A stretch of DNA of 64,000 nt, from NCBI GenBank assembly GCA_965238175.1, contig CBDEGZ010000003.1:1760001-1824000 (forward strand), given 5' to 3'. The first letter of the stretch is position 1. Every line of letters starts with the position of its first letter. Both the position numbers and the translations under genes were made by a program. Positions 36,394-47,961 of this stretch are shown here, one piece after another. This DNA is from Gammaproteobacteria bacterium (GTDB lineage Bacteria > Pseudomonadota > Gammaproteobacteria > CAJXQU01). The notes under the pieces are model-generated. The model had not been told where the DNA came from. It saw nothing but the letters and a program-made list of their open reading frames with translations, and made no database searches.

Positions 36394-36804
36394 ATGAAGA
36401 AAGCCATCGTTTTGCTTATGTCGATGATCGTATTCCACTCTACTGTACTTCTCGCCGAGGAGAACATTGAAATCGAGTTAAATAAACTGGAGGACAGAGA
36501 CGATAGTTGTCGTGCTTATCTGGTCTTCAAGAATCAAACCACTTCACAGTTTAATGAGTTTAAGCTTGATCTGGTGATGTTTGGTGCTGATGGCATTATT
36601 AGTCGCCGTCTTGCGGTTGACTCATCGCCATTAAGATCAAATAAAACCAGCGTTAAATTATTCGATATTGATGGGCTTTCTTGTGCGGGTATTAGCCTGA
36701 TTTTGATCAATGATGTCTTGAGCTGTCGCGATGAGTATGAACGCAATGATTGTGTGGATTTGATCGATGCCACCTCAAAAGGGAATGTCTCTTTTGTGAA
36801 ATAA
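36394..36804 (+). CDS. Exported Cys-containing protein associated with exbBD-tonB
   Basis: Signal peptide, ELNKLE...CR, four Cys; first gene of the exbB operon. Confidence 0.7.
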   Translation: MKKAIVLLMSMIVFHSTVLLAEENIEIELNKLEDRDDSCRAYLVFKNQTTSQFNEFKLDLVMFGADGIISRRLAVDSSPLRSNKTSVKLFDIDGLSCAGISLILINDVLSCRDEYERNDCVDLIDATSKGNVSFVK

Positions 36805-36851
36805 CAAATAGCTTTCGTGCAAGGGTCTCATAATAATTATAGGAAAGCAGT

Positions 36852-37508
36852 ATGAACGCCACACTGGAAAGAGCTTCATTTTTATTAGATGCGGGCGGCA
36901 TTGTCCTCATCATACTATTGATTCTATCGGTCATTGCCTTAGCCATTGTTTTATTAAAGTTCTGGCAGTTCCGGCAATTTCATTTAAATGATCAAAGCTT
37001 TATTCAACACACGCTCGATTATTGGCGCGCGGGACAAGCCAATGCCGCGATGGTTGAGTTGTTTAGAGCTTTTCACCCAGCGGCGCGGGTGATGGAAATT
37101 GCCATCAGAGGTATTGCTGAGCGACGCGTTGGTGAGGAGACAATTCGTGAAGAAGTGACGCGTGAAGGGGTAGAGCAAGTTGAGGAACTACGATCACATC
37201 TACGTAGCCTTGAAGTTATCGCTAGCATAAGTCCACTGTTAGGATTACTTGGTACCGTTATGGGAATGATCAATGCCTTCCAACAAATGGAAATTGCCGG
37301 TACTCAAGTTAGTCCGTCGATTCTTTCCGGTGGTGTATGGGAGGCGCTATTAACCACGGCGGTAGGGCTAGCGATAGCGATCCCCGTTGTAGTGGTGTTG
37401 AACTGGTTTGAGCGACAGGTCGAGAAGGCAAAACACACGATGGAAGACACCGTTACTCGTATATTCACTATACAAATGACAACTCTGCCGAACGAAGAGA
37501 AAGCGTGA
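36852..37508 (+). CDS. exbB: MotA/TolQ/ExbB proton channel protein
   Basis: PLLGLLGTVMGMINAF, EALLTTAVGL. Confidence 0.9.
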   Translation: MNATLERASFLLDAGGIVLIILLILSVIALAIVLLKFWQFRQFHLNDQSFIQHTLDYWRAGQANAAMVELFRAFHPAARVMEIAIRGIAERRVGEETIREEVTREGVEQVEELRSHLRSLEVIASISPLLGLLGTVMGMINAFQQMEIAGTQVSPSILSGGVWEALLTTAVGLAIAIPVVVVLNWFERQVEKAKHTMEDTVTRIFTIQMTTLPNEEKA

Positions 37509-37513
37509 TTTAA

Positions 37514-37918
37514 ATGCAGTTTGATTTTTCATCTAATCAAACGCAACAGCCTCGAGCATTAATTGGTTTGACGCCACTGATCGACGTGGTTTTTATTTTA
37601 TTACTTTTTTTCTTACTCGCTTCTAGTTTTCTTGAATGGCATACAATCAAATTATCCACGCCAGCAACGCAAGGAATGGTGGCTAATTCTTCAGGTGGAG
37701 CAGTGTTGATCAGGCTTGGGTCAAATGGCGTACTTGATATTAATGGTCGTCCGGTGCTTATCGATGAATTGCCAAGTAAACTGATTCAATTTCTGGATAA
37801 AAAACCCGATCAAAAAATTCTTATTCGGCCAGCCAAAGGTGTTCCTTTGCAACCGGTAGTTAGTGTCCTTGATGCGGTGAAAAAAGCTGGCGGACAAAAT
37901 GTCTCTTTGACACGTTAG
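37514..37918 (+). CDS. exbD: ExbD/TolR family protein
   Basis: LTPLIDVVFILLLFF. Confidence 0.9.
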   Translation: MQFDFSSNQTQQPRALIGLTPLIDVVFILLLFFLLASSFLEWHTIKLSTPATQGMVANSSGGAVLIRLGSNGVLDINGRPVLIDELPSKLIQFLDKKPDQKILIRPAKGVPLQPVVSVLDAVKKAGGQNVSLTR

Positions 37919-37927
37919 GAAGCAATC

Positions 37928-38332
37928 ATGAAATTTCCTCAAACAGAAAAAAAACGACAATTAATTGATCCGATTCTACCGCTGATCAATGTCGTGTTCT
38001 TACTTTTGATTTTCGTCATGATGATGTCGCGGGTTGAAGGCACAGATGGTTATGAGGTTGAACCACCTGTTTCTAGCAGTGAAGATCCTGCGGGTACTCA
38101 AGAGCGCATTCTGGTTTTGACAGAGGAGGGCGGTGTATTGCTCAATGGTATTGAAGCCACTGAAAGTAAACTATTGAAGTTCGCGCAAGATCAAAAACGA
38201 GATGCACCTAATCAAATCGTAAAAATTAAAGCAGATGCCGATGTTGGCGCAATGAAACTGATTTCACTGATGGAAAATTTGCGTATTGGTGGCATTGAGA
38301 ACCTGGTCTTGTTAACCGAGAAAAGAAATTAA
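37928..38332 (+). CDS. exbD: Second ExbD/TolR family protein
   Basis: LPLINVVFLLLIF (Asn in place of the conserved Asp), IKAD. Confidence 0.85.
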   Translation: MKFPQTEKKRQLIDPILPLINVVFLLLIFVMMMSRVEGTDGYEVEPPVSSSEDPAGTQERILVLTEEGGVLLNGIEATESKLLKFAQDQKRDAPNQIVKIKADADVGAMKLISLMENLRIGGIENLVLLTEKRN

Positions 38333-38337
38333 ATTCG

Positions 38338-39588
38338 GTGTTGGGTATGTTAACAGCGGGACGCTCATCTAGAAACTCTACTAATTCTGCTATTATCAAT
38401 AGCCGTTTTATTGAGAGTAATAATACGGGGCAAATTCTTGCAGTTACTGTTCTTTCCGTTTTATTACATTCCGGAATTATTTTCTGGTTTGCTTCTCAAT
38501 CACCGGAATTTCCCGCTGTCGAGTTTAGCGAATTCAAAGTTGGTCTTGTCAGCTCTGAAGGCGTAGGTGAAATCTTGCAGGCAAACTTACCCGATATTGT
38601 TGCAGCATCTGAAGTAGTGACGGAAGAATCCGGCATTGTCGCACTGCAAGATGAGCTTGTGAGTGATGTTATTAGAGAACAGGCTATTGTTGAAGAGATA
38701 GAGCATGCTTTGACTCCAGTACAAAGTACGCTGACAGAAAACATAGAAATCGTCACGGCCATCACCGCTGAAGCAGCTAGTGTTGCCGATGTGTCTTTGC
38801 CCGAGATCAAAAATGTAGAATTAGCCTTAAGCAATGAAATTGAAGAATCGCGTCCAATCGAGATAGTTGAGACCGTTGTACCTTCTGCAAGCTCAAGTGA
38901 AGATGTGATTGAAACTGCCGGCATTTCTGACGAGGTTGAGAATGTTGCTCCGGTTAATGATTTTTTTAAGCCAGCAGAGATATTGGCCGAAGGTGATCCA
39001 ATTACATCTTTACCGATCGAACATCTAGTGGCAGTACCAGCACCCATAGCAATTCAAGCAAATAATAATCCTACTCAAGCTTCCAATGATGTTGAAATTC
39101 TGGAAATCAAAGCACGTGATGTGATCGTTGTTAAACCGGAATCAGGCAATGAAGCTTCGCCAGCAAAACGAGTAGCAGTCATAACACGAGGTGATGACTC
39201 ATCACGACCTCGACAAAGTCCTGCAGAAAATCTGGGTTCTGATGATTCTGATCGAAAACCATTGGTGAAAGAAATCGAACCACCTAAACCTGTGATCATT
39301 CCTAAAACGTATGTTTTGGAATTAAAAAATTGGCTTGGGCAATATAAAAAATATCCAGTAAATGCTTATCGGTTAAAACAGGAAGGCGTTGCGATTGTGG
39401 GAATTGTGATCAATCGAAGTGGCGATATTATTTCTTATGATATTCGACGCAGCTCTGGACACAAAGCATTGGATTTGGAAGTGGAAAATATGATCAAACG
39501 TGCTAAAAAAATGCCGGCACTGCCTGCTGATTTTCCTAGAGAACAATTGGAGTTATTGATTCCGATCCGTTTTAAAGTTAAGGGTTGA
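38338..39588 (+). CDS. tonB: Energy transducer TonB with long acidic linker
   Basis: SxxxH TM motif (SVLLH), YPxxA..EG, SSG..LD, PIRF C-terminal domain; start uncertain. Confidence 0.85.
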   Translation: MLGMLTAGRSSRNSTNSAIINSRFIESNNTGQILAVTVLSVLLHSGIIFWFASQSPEFPAVEFSEFKVGLVSSEGVGEILQANLPDIVAASEVVTEESGIVALQDELVSDVIREQAIVEEIEHALTPVQSTLTENIEIVTAITAEAASVADVSLPEIKNVELALSNEIEESRPIEIVETVVPSASSSEDVIETAGISDEVENVAPVNDFFKPAEILAEGDPITSLPIEHLVAVPAPIAIQANNNPTQASNDVEILEIKARDVIVVKPESGNEASPAKRVAVITRGDDSSRPRQSPAENLGSDDSDRKPLVKEIEPPKPVIIPKTYVLELKNWLGQYKKYPVNAYRLKQEGVAIVGIVINRSGDIISYDIRRSSGHKALDLEVENMIKRAKKMPALPADFPREQLELLIPIRFKVKG

Positions 39589-40057
39589 TTATCAAGAGCT
39601 TTTTTTCGTTTAGCAGAATATAAAATAGTAGCTGTTTAAATCAAAAAGGTCTTTAATCTTTCGTTATAAAAACTCCGACTACACATTCTTTTATGTGAAG
39701 CATTTTACTATTTTAATAATGGCAGCTCTAGCAGTTCCAGTTTGTTTAATATTCTATGGTTCTTGGATTTATCAGTTTTATGAAAAGCCAGTTATAAGCT
39801 TTTGTGATTCATTACAAGAGGGCGGAATACAAGCGTGCAATCACAGGATCTGCGAATGTTAAAAATGCTTCGCTCAATAAATTTTCATCAGGAAGCAACT
39901 TGGTTCAACTACGCAGCAACACTTTTCTTCTCGGCTGTATTTGTTTTATGAAATTCAAAAATGGAAAGCTTGCAAAGGCATATTTAAGAGAAGCAGACTA
40001 AAATAAAGAAGTGAATTATGTTGAAGAAAATGATCAATAATCTTAGAAAGTACCCAT

Positions 40058-40927
40058 TTAACGAATCTCTTCAACCCTCACAAAAATATGATTCTGTTCG
40101 TTACCAGATCGACGTGTCTGATACATTCCAGAATTATTTTTATTATGGTATTCCTCAGTCACACCACCGAGTTCAATCCATTGTCCGAGTTTTCCTGAGA
40201 GTGTTGTCTCGGCTTGTTGAGTTTCAACGTGACTAACTCCAGAAGAAGAATTTAATCGTGATTTTTCTGGTGAGATAAACAAGGTCACATTATCACCAGA
40301 CAGATTCGGTACAACATAAAACCCTGAAGTAATATCGCGGTAATTTACCGAGTCGTAAACATCGGTTCCGTATGGATGTAAAACAACGGTTCTTTCATGA
40401 GTCGGTATCGCTTTGCCAGTTTGTATCCAGGCGGGCTGACCTTCGACAGTACGGACAAAATAGACATTGTCATCGTCAAATTGTGATCGGGTACTATTAC
40501 TTCGGTATCTGATCTCACCATGTTTGTTGCGTGCGGATATAACTGTTCCATCGTTGTAATCTGAACCTGGGTTTTGAGTTTCGATGCGAACATTGCCAGA
40601 ATCATAATAACCACCAACACTGTGCTCGCGATTTTGATGCGTTGCTTGGGAATCGTAACGGACACTTATTTTTAGTGAACGCAGAGGGCGATCAATAACA
40701 TCTAACGTTTTGATCAGATCTCGCATATTTTGATCGGTAGTACGAATAATCAATTGATCGTTCATACCTGAAACGCTACCACCTTCTACAAGGAGTGGTT
40801 GTAATATCGGCACAATATCACTCACTAGACGGTGTTTAAGTGGAATAATTTCCAGTGACATTTGCTCTGCATTTGCAGAGAGAATAATCATGAGGTTAAT
40901 TACAAATACAGTCAGGAATTTTTTCAT
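40058..40927 (-). CDS. Secretin-like N-domain/NolW-type exported protein
   Basis: Signal peptide, IPLKHR..PILQPLL, QLIIR, T..SG.LGQWIELGG. Confidence 0.7.
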   Translation of the reverse strand: MKKFLTVFVINLMIILSANAEQMSLEIIPLKHRLVSDIVPILQPLLVEGGSVSGMNDQLIIRTTDQNMRDLIKTLDVIDRPLRSLKISVRYDSQATHQNREHSVGGYYDSGNVRIETQNPGSDYNDGTVISARNKHGEIRYRSNSTRSQFDDDNVYFVRTVEGQPAWIQTGKAIPTHERTVVLHPYGTDVYDSVNYRDITSGFYVVPNLSGDNVTLFISPEKSRLNSSSGVSHVETQQAETTLSGKLGQWIELGGVTEEYHNKNNSGMYQTRRSGNEQNHIFVRVEEIR

Positions 40928-41436
40928 AGTGAAAGACGTCTGAAATTAGGATCTTGCCTGCTATGATCCCAAATCTGGTTAAACTCACGCTGAATTTCCG
41001 AGACAGTTTTTTGATCATAAAAATTAGCGCGGCCATCAAATCGATCAGAATGTGGGCGGCGAATATAGCCGCAGTCATCGGTCAAAAATAAAGCTTTATT
41101 ATAGCTATCGTATTCTCTATCTGGTTTGCGAATTTCGATAAAGCTACTTAACCGTTCGGCCAGATCTAACAGGCGGTGATTATGAGAGCGTAGTGTTTCG
41201 GGTTGCAGAACAATAATACGGATCTGCGTCAAACGAGATCTCAGGGCCAATTTTTTGATCGCAGCTATCATTTCCAAGGTGTCATAGATGCAAGGATCTA
41301 AATCCCGGCTGATGATATCCAAATGTCGTCGACAGCCATTGATCATTTGTACTGCTACTGCACGATTCTGATCACTGGACTCCAGGATCAGTTCTTGATC
41401 TGTTTCGCCGAGTATAAGGTGATCATAATTTTCCAT
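40924..41436 (-). CDS. Conserved hypothetical protein (domain often fused to GNAT acetyltransferases)
   Basis: SRDLDPCIYD, HRLLDLAERLSS, DPNFRRLSL; follows purB. Confidence 0.7.
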   Translation of the reverse strand: MENYDHLILGETDQELILESSDQNRAVAVQMINGCRRHLDIISRDLDPCIYDTLEMIAAIKKLALRSRLTQIRIIVLQPETLRSHNHRLLDLAERLSSFIEIRKPDREYDSYNKALFLTDDCGYIRRPHSDRFDGRANFYDQKTVSEIQREFNQIWDHSRQDPNFRRLSL

Positions 41437-41464
41437 AGGTTAATATTTTAGATTAAAAAAATAA

Positions 41465-42841
<1,377 letters not shown>

Positions 42842-42955
42842 TTACCTTAGAACTTGTTTTTAATATCAGTTGATCTTACATGAAATAGACTGCTAGCTCT
42901 AAGTGGTAATAAGGTTCATGTTTTCGTAGTGGTACGTAAATCAAGTTTTTATTAT

Positions 42956-43606
42956 CTATTGAAGCAAAGGTTCAAGTTCTTTCCATACTGTTTCAAGAAT
43001 AACAGCTTGTGCATGGGAATTAGGGTGAAATCTGTCTTGCTGCATCATGTCGGGATTTTCGCTCACGCCATCCAGTAGAAAAGGAACAAGTGGGATCTGA
43101 TTTTGTTCGGCCAGCTGGGAGTAGCTTTGTGCGAATTGTTCTGTGTAAGCTTTTCCATAGTTGGGCGGCAATTTCATACCGATCAATACTACGTCGCCAT
43201 AACAACGACAGTCATCGATCATTTTTTGCAAATTGGATCGCATTACCGAGAGTGACTGGCCACGTAAACCATCATTCGCGCCTAGCTCTATTATGCACAG
43301 ATCAGGTTTATGTTGATCAAGTAGCTTTTCTAGACGTGCCAGTCCGCCGGTGGTGGTTTCCCCAGAGATTGAAGCATTAACAACTTTCCAGTGAGACTTT
43401 TCTGGTGATTTTTGCAGGCGCTCCTCTAATAGTGTGACCCAACCTTGTTCTAATGAAATGCCATGCGCTGCGCTGAGGCTATCGCCATGAATGAATAGTG
43501 TCCTTGCTGAAACTGTTGTTGATAGAATAAGTCCCATAGCTATCACTATAGTCATCGTTATAAAATTCGAAAACAATTTAAAAAATAAACATCTAACTAA
43601 ATACAT
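42956..43606 (-). CDS. tesA: Arylesterase/acyl-CoA thioesterase I (GDSL); true start probably a later Met
   Basis: GDSLSA, NASISGETT, ELGANDGLRG, DRFHP. Confidence 0.92.
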   Translation of the reverse strand: MYLVRCLFFKLFSNFITMTIVIAMGLILSTTVSARTLFIHGDSLSAAHGISLEQGWVTLLEERLQKSPEKSHWKVVNASISGETTTGGLARLEKLLDQHKPDLCIIELGANDGLRGQSLSVMRSNLQKMIDDCRCYGDVVLIGMKLPPNYGKAYTEQFAQSYSQLAEQNQIPLVPFLLDGVSENPDMMQQDRFHPNSHAQAVILETVWKELEPLLQ

Positions 43607-43649
43607 ATCCGATTCTCAATTTTTTAATACTCAACTGACACTATAAAAT

Positions 43650-44330
43650 ATGGTCGAAGCAAATATTATTCAATGCCACAACGTTAACAAAGTTGTATCA
43701 ACAGCGGAAGGTCAACTAATCATTCTGGATGACATCTCATTTGGTATTTCAAAAGGTGAAACTGTCGCGATTGTTGGTCAGTCAGGTTCAGGTAAAACAA
43801 CATTGCTCAGTTTGCTTGCTGGTTTGGACCTGCCGACCACCGGTAGCGTTCGGTTATTCGATAAGAAGCTGGAATCGCTGGATGAAGATGCTCGGGCTGA
43901 GTTAAGAAATCAGTCTATCGGTTTTGTCTTCCAGGCGTTTCACTTGCTGCCCGGTTTTACCGCACTTGAGAATGTGATGGTGCCGATCGAAATTCAGGAC
44001 GATATCAATCCACAAGAGCGGGCAACGCAGTTATTAAAAGAAGTCGGTATGCAGCATCGTCTCGATCATTTTCCTACGACACTGTCTGGTGGCGAACAAC
44101 AACGGGTTGCGATTGCACGCGCTTTTGCTACTCAGCCACCGATGCTTCTTGCAGATGAACCTACCGGGAATCTTGATGCAGAAACTGGCCAGACGATTAT
44201 CGATTTGTTGTTTAAGTTGAATGCTGAGCAAGGCACGACATTGATCCTGGTTACGCATGATGAAGTACTTGCCTCCCGATGTTCTAGGCGTTTCAGGTTA
44301 GATAAAGGTCAATTGCAGGTTATTGAATGA
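43650..44330 (+). CDS. ybbA: ABC transporter ATP-binding protein YbbA-like
   Basis: GQSGSGKT, LSGGEQQR, ADEPTGNLD; divergent from tesA. Confidence 0.88.
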   Translation: MVEANIIQCHNVNKVVSTAEGQLIILDDISFGISKGETVAIVGQSGSGKTTLLSLLAGLDLPTTGSVRLFDKKLESLDEDARAELRNQSIGFVFQAFHLLPGFTALENVMVPIEIQDDINPQERATQLLKEVGMQHRLDHFPTTLSGGEQQRVAIARAFATQPPMLLADEPTGNLDAETGQTIIDLLFKLNAEQGTTLILVTHDEVLASRCSRRFRLDKGQLQVIE

Positions 44331-46825
44331 TCTCGACATTCTATTTGCGATTGATCAAGCGTCAGTGGCGTTTGGGGGCAGTACGATTATTCTGTTTGGC
44401 TGTCGCCATTGCCGTGGCAGTGACATTCAGTATTAATTTATTAAGTGATCGCCTGGAGCAATTATTTAACCAGCAAGCCAAAGAAGTGTTGGCTGCAGAT
44501 CAGGTTTTAGAGTCAACGACAGTATTAACATCTAGCCAAAAATTATTTCTAAATTCTTCAACGATAGAAAAGGCCGAAACGGTTGTTTTTCCAACCATGG
44601 CCAGCGCTGAAGATGAATTCTTACTGGTTAATCTGAAGGCTGTTTCAGAAGAATATCCATTACGAGGACAGTTGCGAATAGCCGATGCTTTGTTTGAAGA
44701 TCCTGTCCCGATCAAAACCGGACCTGAAGCAGGTAAAGCTTGGGTAGAAGATCGCGTACTTAATACATTGAATATCACGATAGGAGATCAACTCACTATC
44801 GGCGATCAGAAATTTGATGTAGAAAAAGTGCTCGTATATGAACCTGATCGAGGTGGTAGTTTTTACAGCTTCACACCGCGAGTGATGATGCATTTAGATG
44901 ATCTTGAAGCGACTGGTGTTATCCAACCGGCTAGTCGAGTGAAATACTATTATTTAATGGCTGGTAATGCTGAACTCCTTCAACAACTGCGTGATCAACT
45001 AACGTCTGAATTGCAAGCAAACCAACGTTTCTTGACCATAGATGACACTAATGCCACGTTAGCGACTACATTAGAGCGAGCATTTAGATTTTTATCTATT
45101 ACTGCGTTGATAGCTGTCTTGCTGGGAGCCGTTGGTGTGGCCTTGGTCAGCTATCAATATGCGCGTGAAATGACGCAGCCTTACGCCATTTTACGTTGCC
45201 TGGGTTTGCATGGAAAACGTCTAAAAATTTCAGTGATCTTGCCTTTGTCGATTTACACACTGGCAGCAATCCTATTTGGATTATTGATCGGATATGGCGC
45301 ACATTTATTGTTGTTGAACAGTCTAGGAGGTTTGTTACCTGATAATTTACCTGGCGCAACAATCAATCCGCTACTTATCTCCTGCTTAATGGCGTTAATT
45401 GTTGTGATCAGTTTTGCCTGGCCGTTTATCTCACAACTGCTGACAACATTGCCGAAGCAATTATTACATGCTGCAGAAGTGCAGCCTTTTCCTATTGTGC
45501 GAGCCTCAATGGGTATGTTGATAGGGATTCTGATTCTGGTGCAAATTGCCACACAAGAGTGGCGCTTAAGTTTTGGTGTCATCGGTGGAATGGCTGTTTT
45601 TGTCGCTCTAGCTTATGGCTTGACTCAGTGGATTATTAATCTATTAGTTAAGCATCGACAACGAAAGGGCAATGCTTATGCGAAGCTTGGCGCAAGGATG
45701 CTCAGTGCAAATCGGCGTATGGCGAGTTTGCAAATTATTGCGATTGGGATCACCTTCTTTGGTCTCGCACTGATCCAGACTCTGCGTGATGATCTACTTA
45801 CTACCTGGCAATCAAAAGTCCCGGAAAATGCACCAAATGTATTTGCGATGAATTTATTTGAAAGTGATAAAGAAGCCTTTCAGTCATTGTTGAAAAAAGA
45901 GCAGATTACGCATAGTCCTTTTTACCCGATTGTGCGTGGTCGCTTGACTGAAATCAATCAACAAGGCGTGCAGCGACGCGTGAGCAAAGAAGAAAGGGGA
46001 AATCGTGTGACAGAACGTGATCTGGCTTTAACGTTTAGCCAGGATTTACCCAAAGATAATTTGATCATAGAAGGCAGCTGGCATGCGCCGGTTAAAGAAA
46101 AAGATTCGCGATCTACCGTGCCTGTTTCAGTTGAAGCAAAATTAGCCGAACGTTTAGAAATAAAATTGGGTGACAGATTAGATTTCACTATTGCAACGCA
46201 ACGTTTGTCTGCTGTTGTTACCAGTCTTAGATCAGTCGAATGGGAATCTTTTACACCTAATTTTTATATGATGTTTCCACCAGGTGCTCTGGAAGGATTA
46301 CCTGTCACTTATTTAGCCAGTGTGCATCTGGAACGAGAACGAAGATCATTAATGGCTGACTGGATAAAGCAATTTCCTAACGTAGCATTTTTCGATGTGG
46401 ATTATCTACTAAAAAGAATACAAGGGATCACTCAACAGCTGAGTTTGGCCTTGCAAACCATTCTCTATTTTTCGTTGATTGCGAGCCTGGTTATTTTTAT
46501 TTCGATTGAATTAATCCTTTATCATTACCGAAGTTATAGCACCGCAATCTACAAAGCTTTAGGTGCAAAGACCAGCCTGATCCAGAAAATGTTTCGTTCA
46601 CAATTTATTCTGATCGGGTTGATCGCTGGTGGCATTGCTTATGGTCTTAACCTAATAACCAGTTTTCTTCTGAGTAAATATTTTATAGAAGGGGAAACGC
46701 AGATTAATATAAGCACGATTATTCTTTGTTTAGTGATCATACCATTGTTGGTTTTGATCGCGGGAATGATTTCTATTCAAAGAACGAAATCAGTATCGGC
46801 TAAGGAGTTGCTTGTTTCGGAGTGA
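44327..46825 (+). CDS. ybbP: ABC transporter permease YbbP-like
   Basis: YPLRG, FYPIVRGRL, RSVEW...PNF; coupled to ybbA. Confidence 0.88.
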   Translation: MISTFYLRLIKRQWRLGAVRLFCLAVAIAVAVTFSINLLSDRLEQLFNQQAKEVLAADQVLESTTVLTSSQKLFLNSSTIEKAETVVFPTMASAEDEFLLVNLKAVSEEYPLRGQLRIADALFEDPVPIKTGPEAGKAWVEDRVLNTLNITIGDQLTIGDQKFDVEKVLVYEPDRGGSFYSFTPRVMMHLDDLEATGVIQPASRVKYYYLMAGNAELLQQLRDQLTSELQANQRFLTIDDTNATLATTLERAFRFLSITALIAVLLGAVGVALVSYQYAREMTQPYAILRCLGLHGKRLKISVILPLSIYTLAAILFGLLIGYGAHLLLLNSLGGLLPDNLPGATINPLLISCLMALIVVISFAWPFISQLLTTLPKQLLHAAEVQPFPIVRASMGMLIGILILVQIATQEWRLSFGVIGGMAVFVALAYGLTQWIINLLVKHRQRKGNAYAKLGARMLSANRRMASLQIIAIGITFFGLALIQTLRDDLLTTWQSKVPENAPNVFAMNLFESDKEAFQSLLKKEQITHSPFYPIVRGRLTEINQQGVQRRVSKEERGNRVTERDLALTFSQDLPKDNLIIEGSWHAPVKEKDSRSTVPVSVEAKLAERLEIKLGDRLDFTIATQRLSAVVTSLRSVEWESFTPNFYMMFPPGALEGLPVTYLASVHLERERRSLMADWIKQFPNVAFFDVDYLLKRIQGITQQLSLALQTILYFSLIASLVIFISIELILYHYRSYSTAIYKALGAKTSLIQKMFRSQFILIGLIAGGIAYGLNLITSFLLSKYFIEGETQINISTIILCLVIIPLLVLIAGMISIQRTKSVSAKELLVSE

Positions 46826-46832
46826 ACTGAGG

Positions 46833-47543
46833 TTATTTGGGTTTTTTCGCGATCAAATTAATCAGTGTTTCTTCACGTTCCAATGGTGGTTTGATACCGA
46901 ACCAGTTTTCTAGAATTGCGAAGTCTTCACGACTCCACCATAAAAATGGATAGGATATCTGATCTTCCGATATTTCAAACCCTGCATCTTTGATAAGTTG
47001 TATATATTCACTAGCAGTTTTTTGTACACTCATGGGATGTCGGAATAAAAGCCGAATAACCCATGAATGAATATAGCGTTTGGTGGATTCAGCAAAGAGT
47101 AATACACCACCGGGTTTTAAGATTCTAAAATATTCCTTCATTGCTTCGGTTTGGTAAATCAAATGGTGAAAAGTCTGATGACAGAAAAGCATATCGACTG
47201 AACTATCCTCGAGTTGAATCATTGAGCTGGAGCATCGTACATAGGTTACGTTGTCCAGCCCATTTAGTTTGGCCTCTTGGGCGCAAGCGGTTAATATTTC
47301 CTTATCTATATCGATCGCGATTAATTTTTCTGGATTAAACCGTTTATTCAGTTTTTTTAATGAACGCCCATAACCACAACCCACATCGGCAATGACTGGG
47401 TAGTTTGGATTGTCTTTCATCAGCAAACGTGAAAGGTCTTTTAAAGCAACTTCGATCACCTGATCTGTCCAGGTTTTACTGCGTAAAAACCATTTTCCAA
47501 ATGTTGATTCCGGTACGTGTGCTTCAGCTAATACATTATTCAT
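46833..47543 (-). CDS. Class I SAM-dependent methyltransferase
   Basis: DVGCGYG, HQTFHH, RILKPGG. Confidence 0.88.
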   Translation of the reverse strand: MNNVLAEAHVPESTFGKWFLRSKTWTDQVIEVALKDLSRLLMKDNPNYPVIADVGCGYGRSLKKLNKRFNPEKLIAIDIDKEILTACAQEAKLNGLDNVTYVRCSSSMIQLEDSSVDMLFCHQTFHHLIYQTEAMKEYFRILKPGGVLLFAESTKRYIHSWVIRLLFRHPMSVQKTASEYIQLIKDAGFEISEDQISYPFLWWSREDFAILENWFGIKPPLEREETLINLIAKKPK

Positions 47544-47672
47544 TCGTTGTTTATTATTCTATCCATAAAGTTTCTTGAGCTTCATGGGAAACATGAGCTG
47601 CTAAAAAAGTAGGCTATCATATTTTTATCTGGCTTAATCTGCAAATGGTCTTGAATTGGTTGTTAGTTTTAC

Positions 47673-47873
47673 GTGGGATTGTTTATAGCCTTAATCTCTT
47701 AACCAGTTTTCTACTGAGTAAATATTTTATAGAGGGGGAAACGCAGATTAATATAACCACGATTGCTCTCTGTCTGGCGATCACACCATTGTTGGTTTTG
47801 ATCGCGGGAATGATTTCTTCTCAAAGAACTAAATCAGTATCGGCTAAGGAATTGCTTGTTTCGGAATGAACTG
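47673..47873 (+). repeat. Diverged direct repeat of the ybbP 3' end (46629-46829)
   Basis: Gap-free alignment of ~200 bp at offset 1044 with scattered substitutions; both copies encode ...KSVSAKELLVSE*. Confidence 0.9.
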
Positions 47874-47961
47874 TGCTTCAAGTTTCTTTATATAAAAAAC
47901 TATATCATTCTGATCTGTTTCATAGATCTGATTAGAGTAGTGTAATCAGACCTGCTATGCA

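Noticed and set aside
39804-40236. Short ORFs between tonB and the secretin-like gene
   Set aside because: No RBS or motif; one is antisense to a real gene; decayed sequence possible but not identifiable
47645-47869. 74-aa ORF as an independent gene
   Set aside because: It is the duplicated ybbP 3' end with an unrelated short leader
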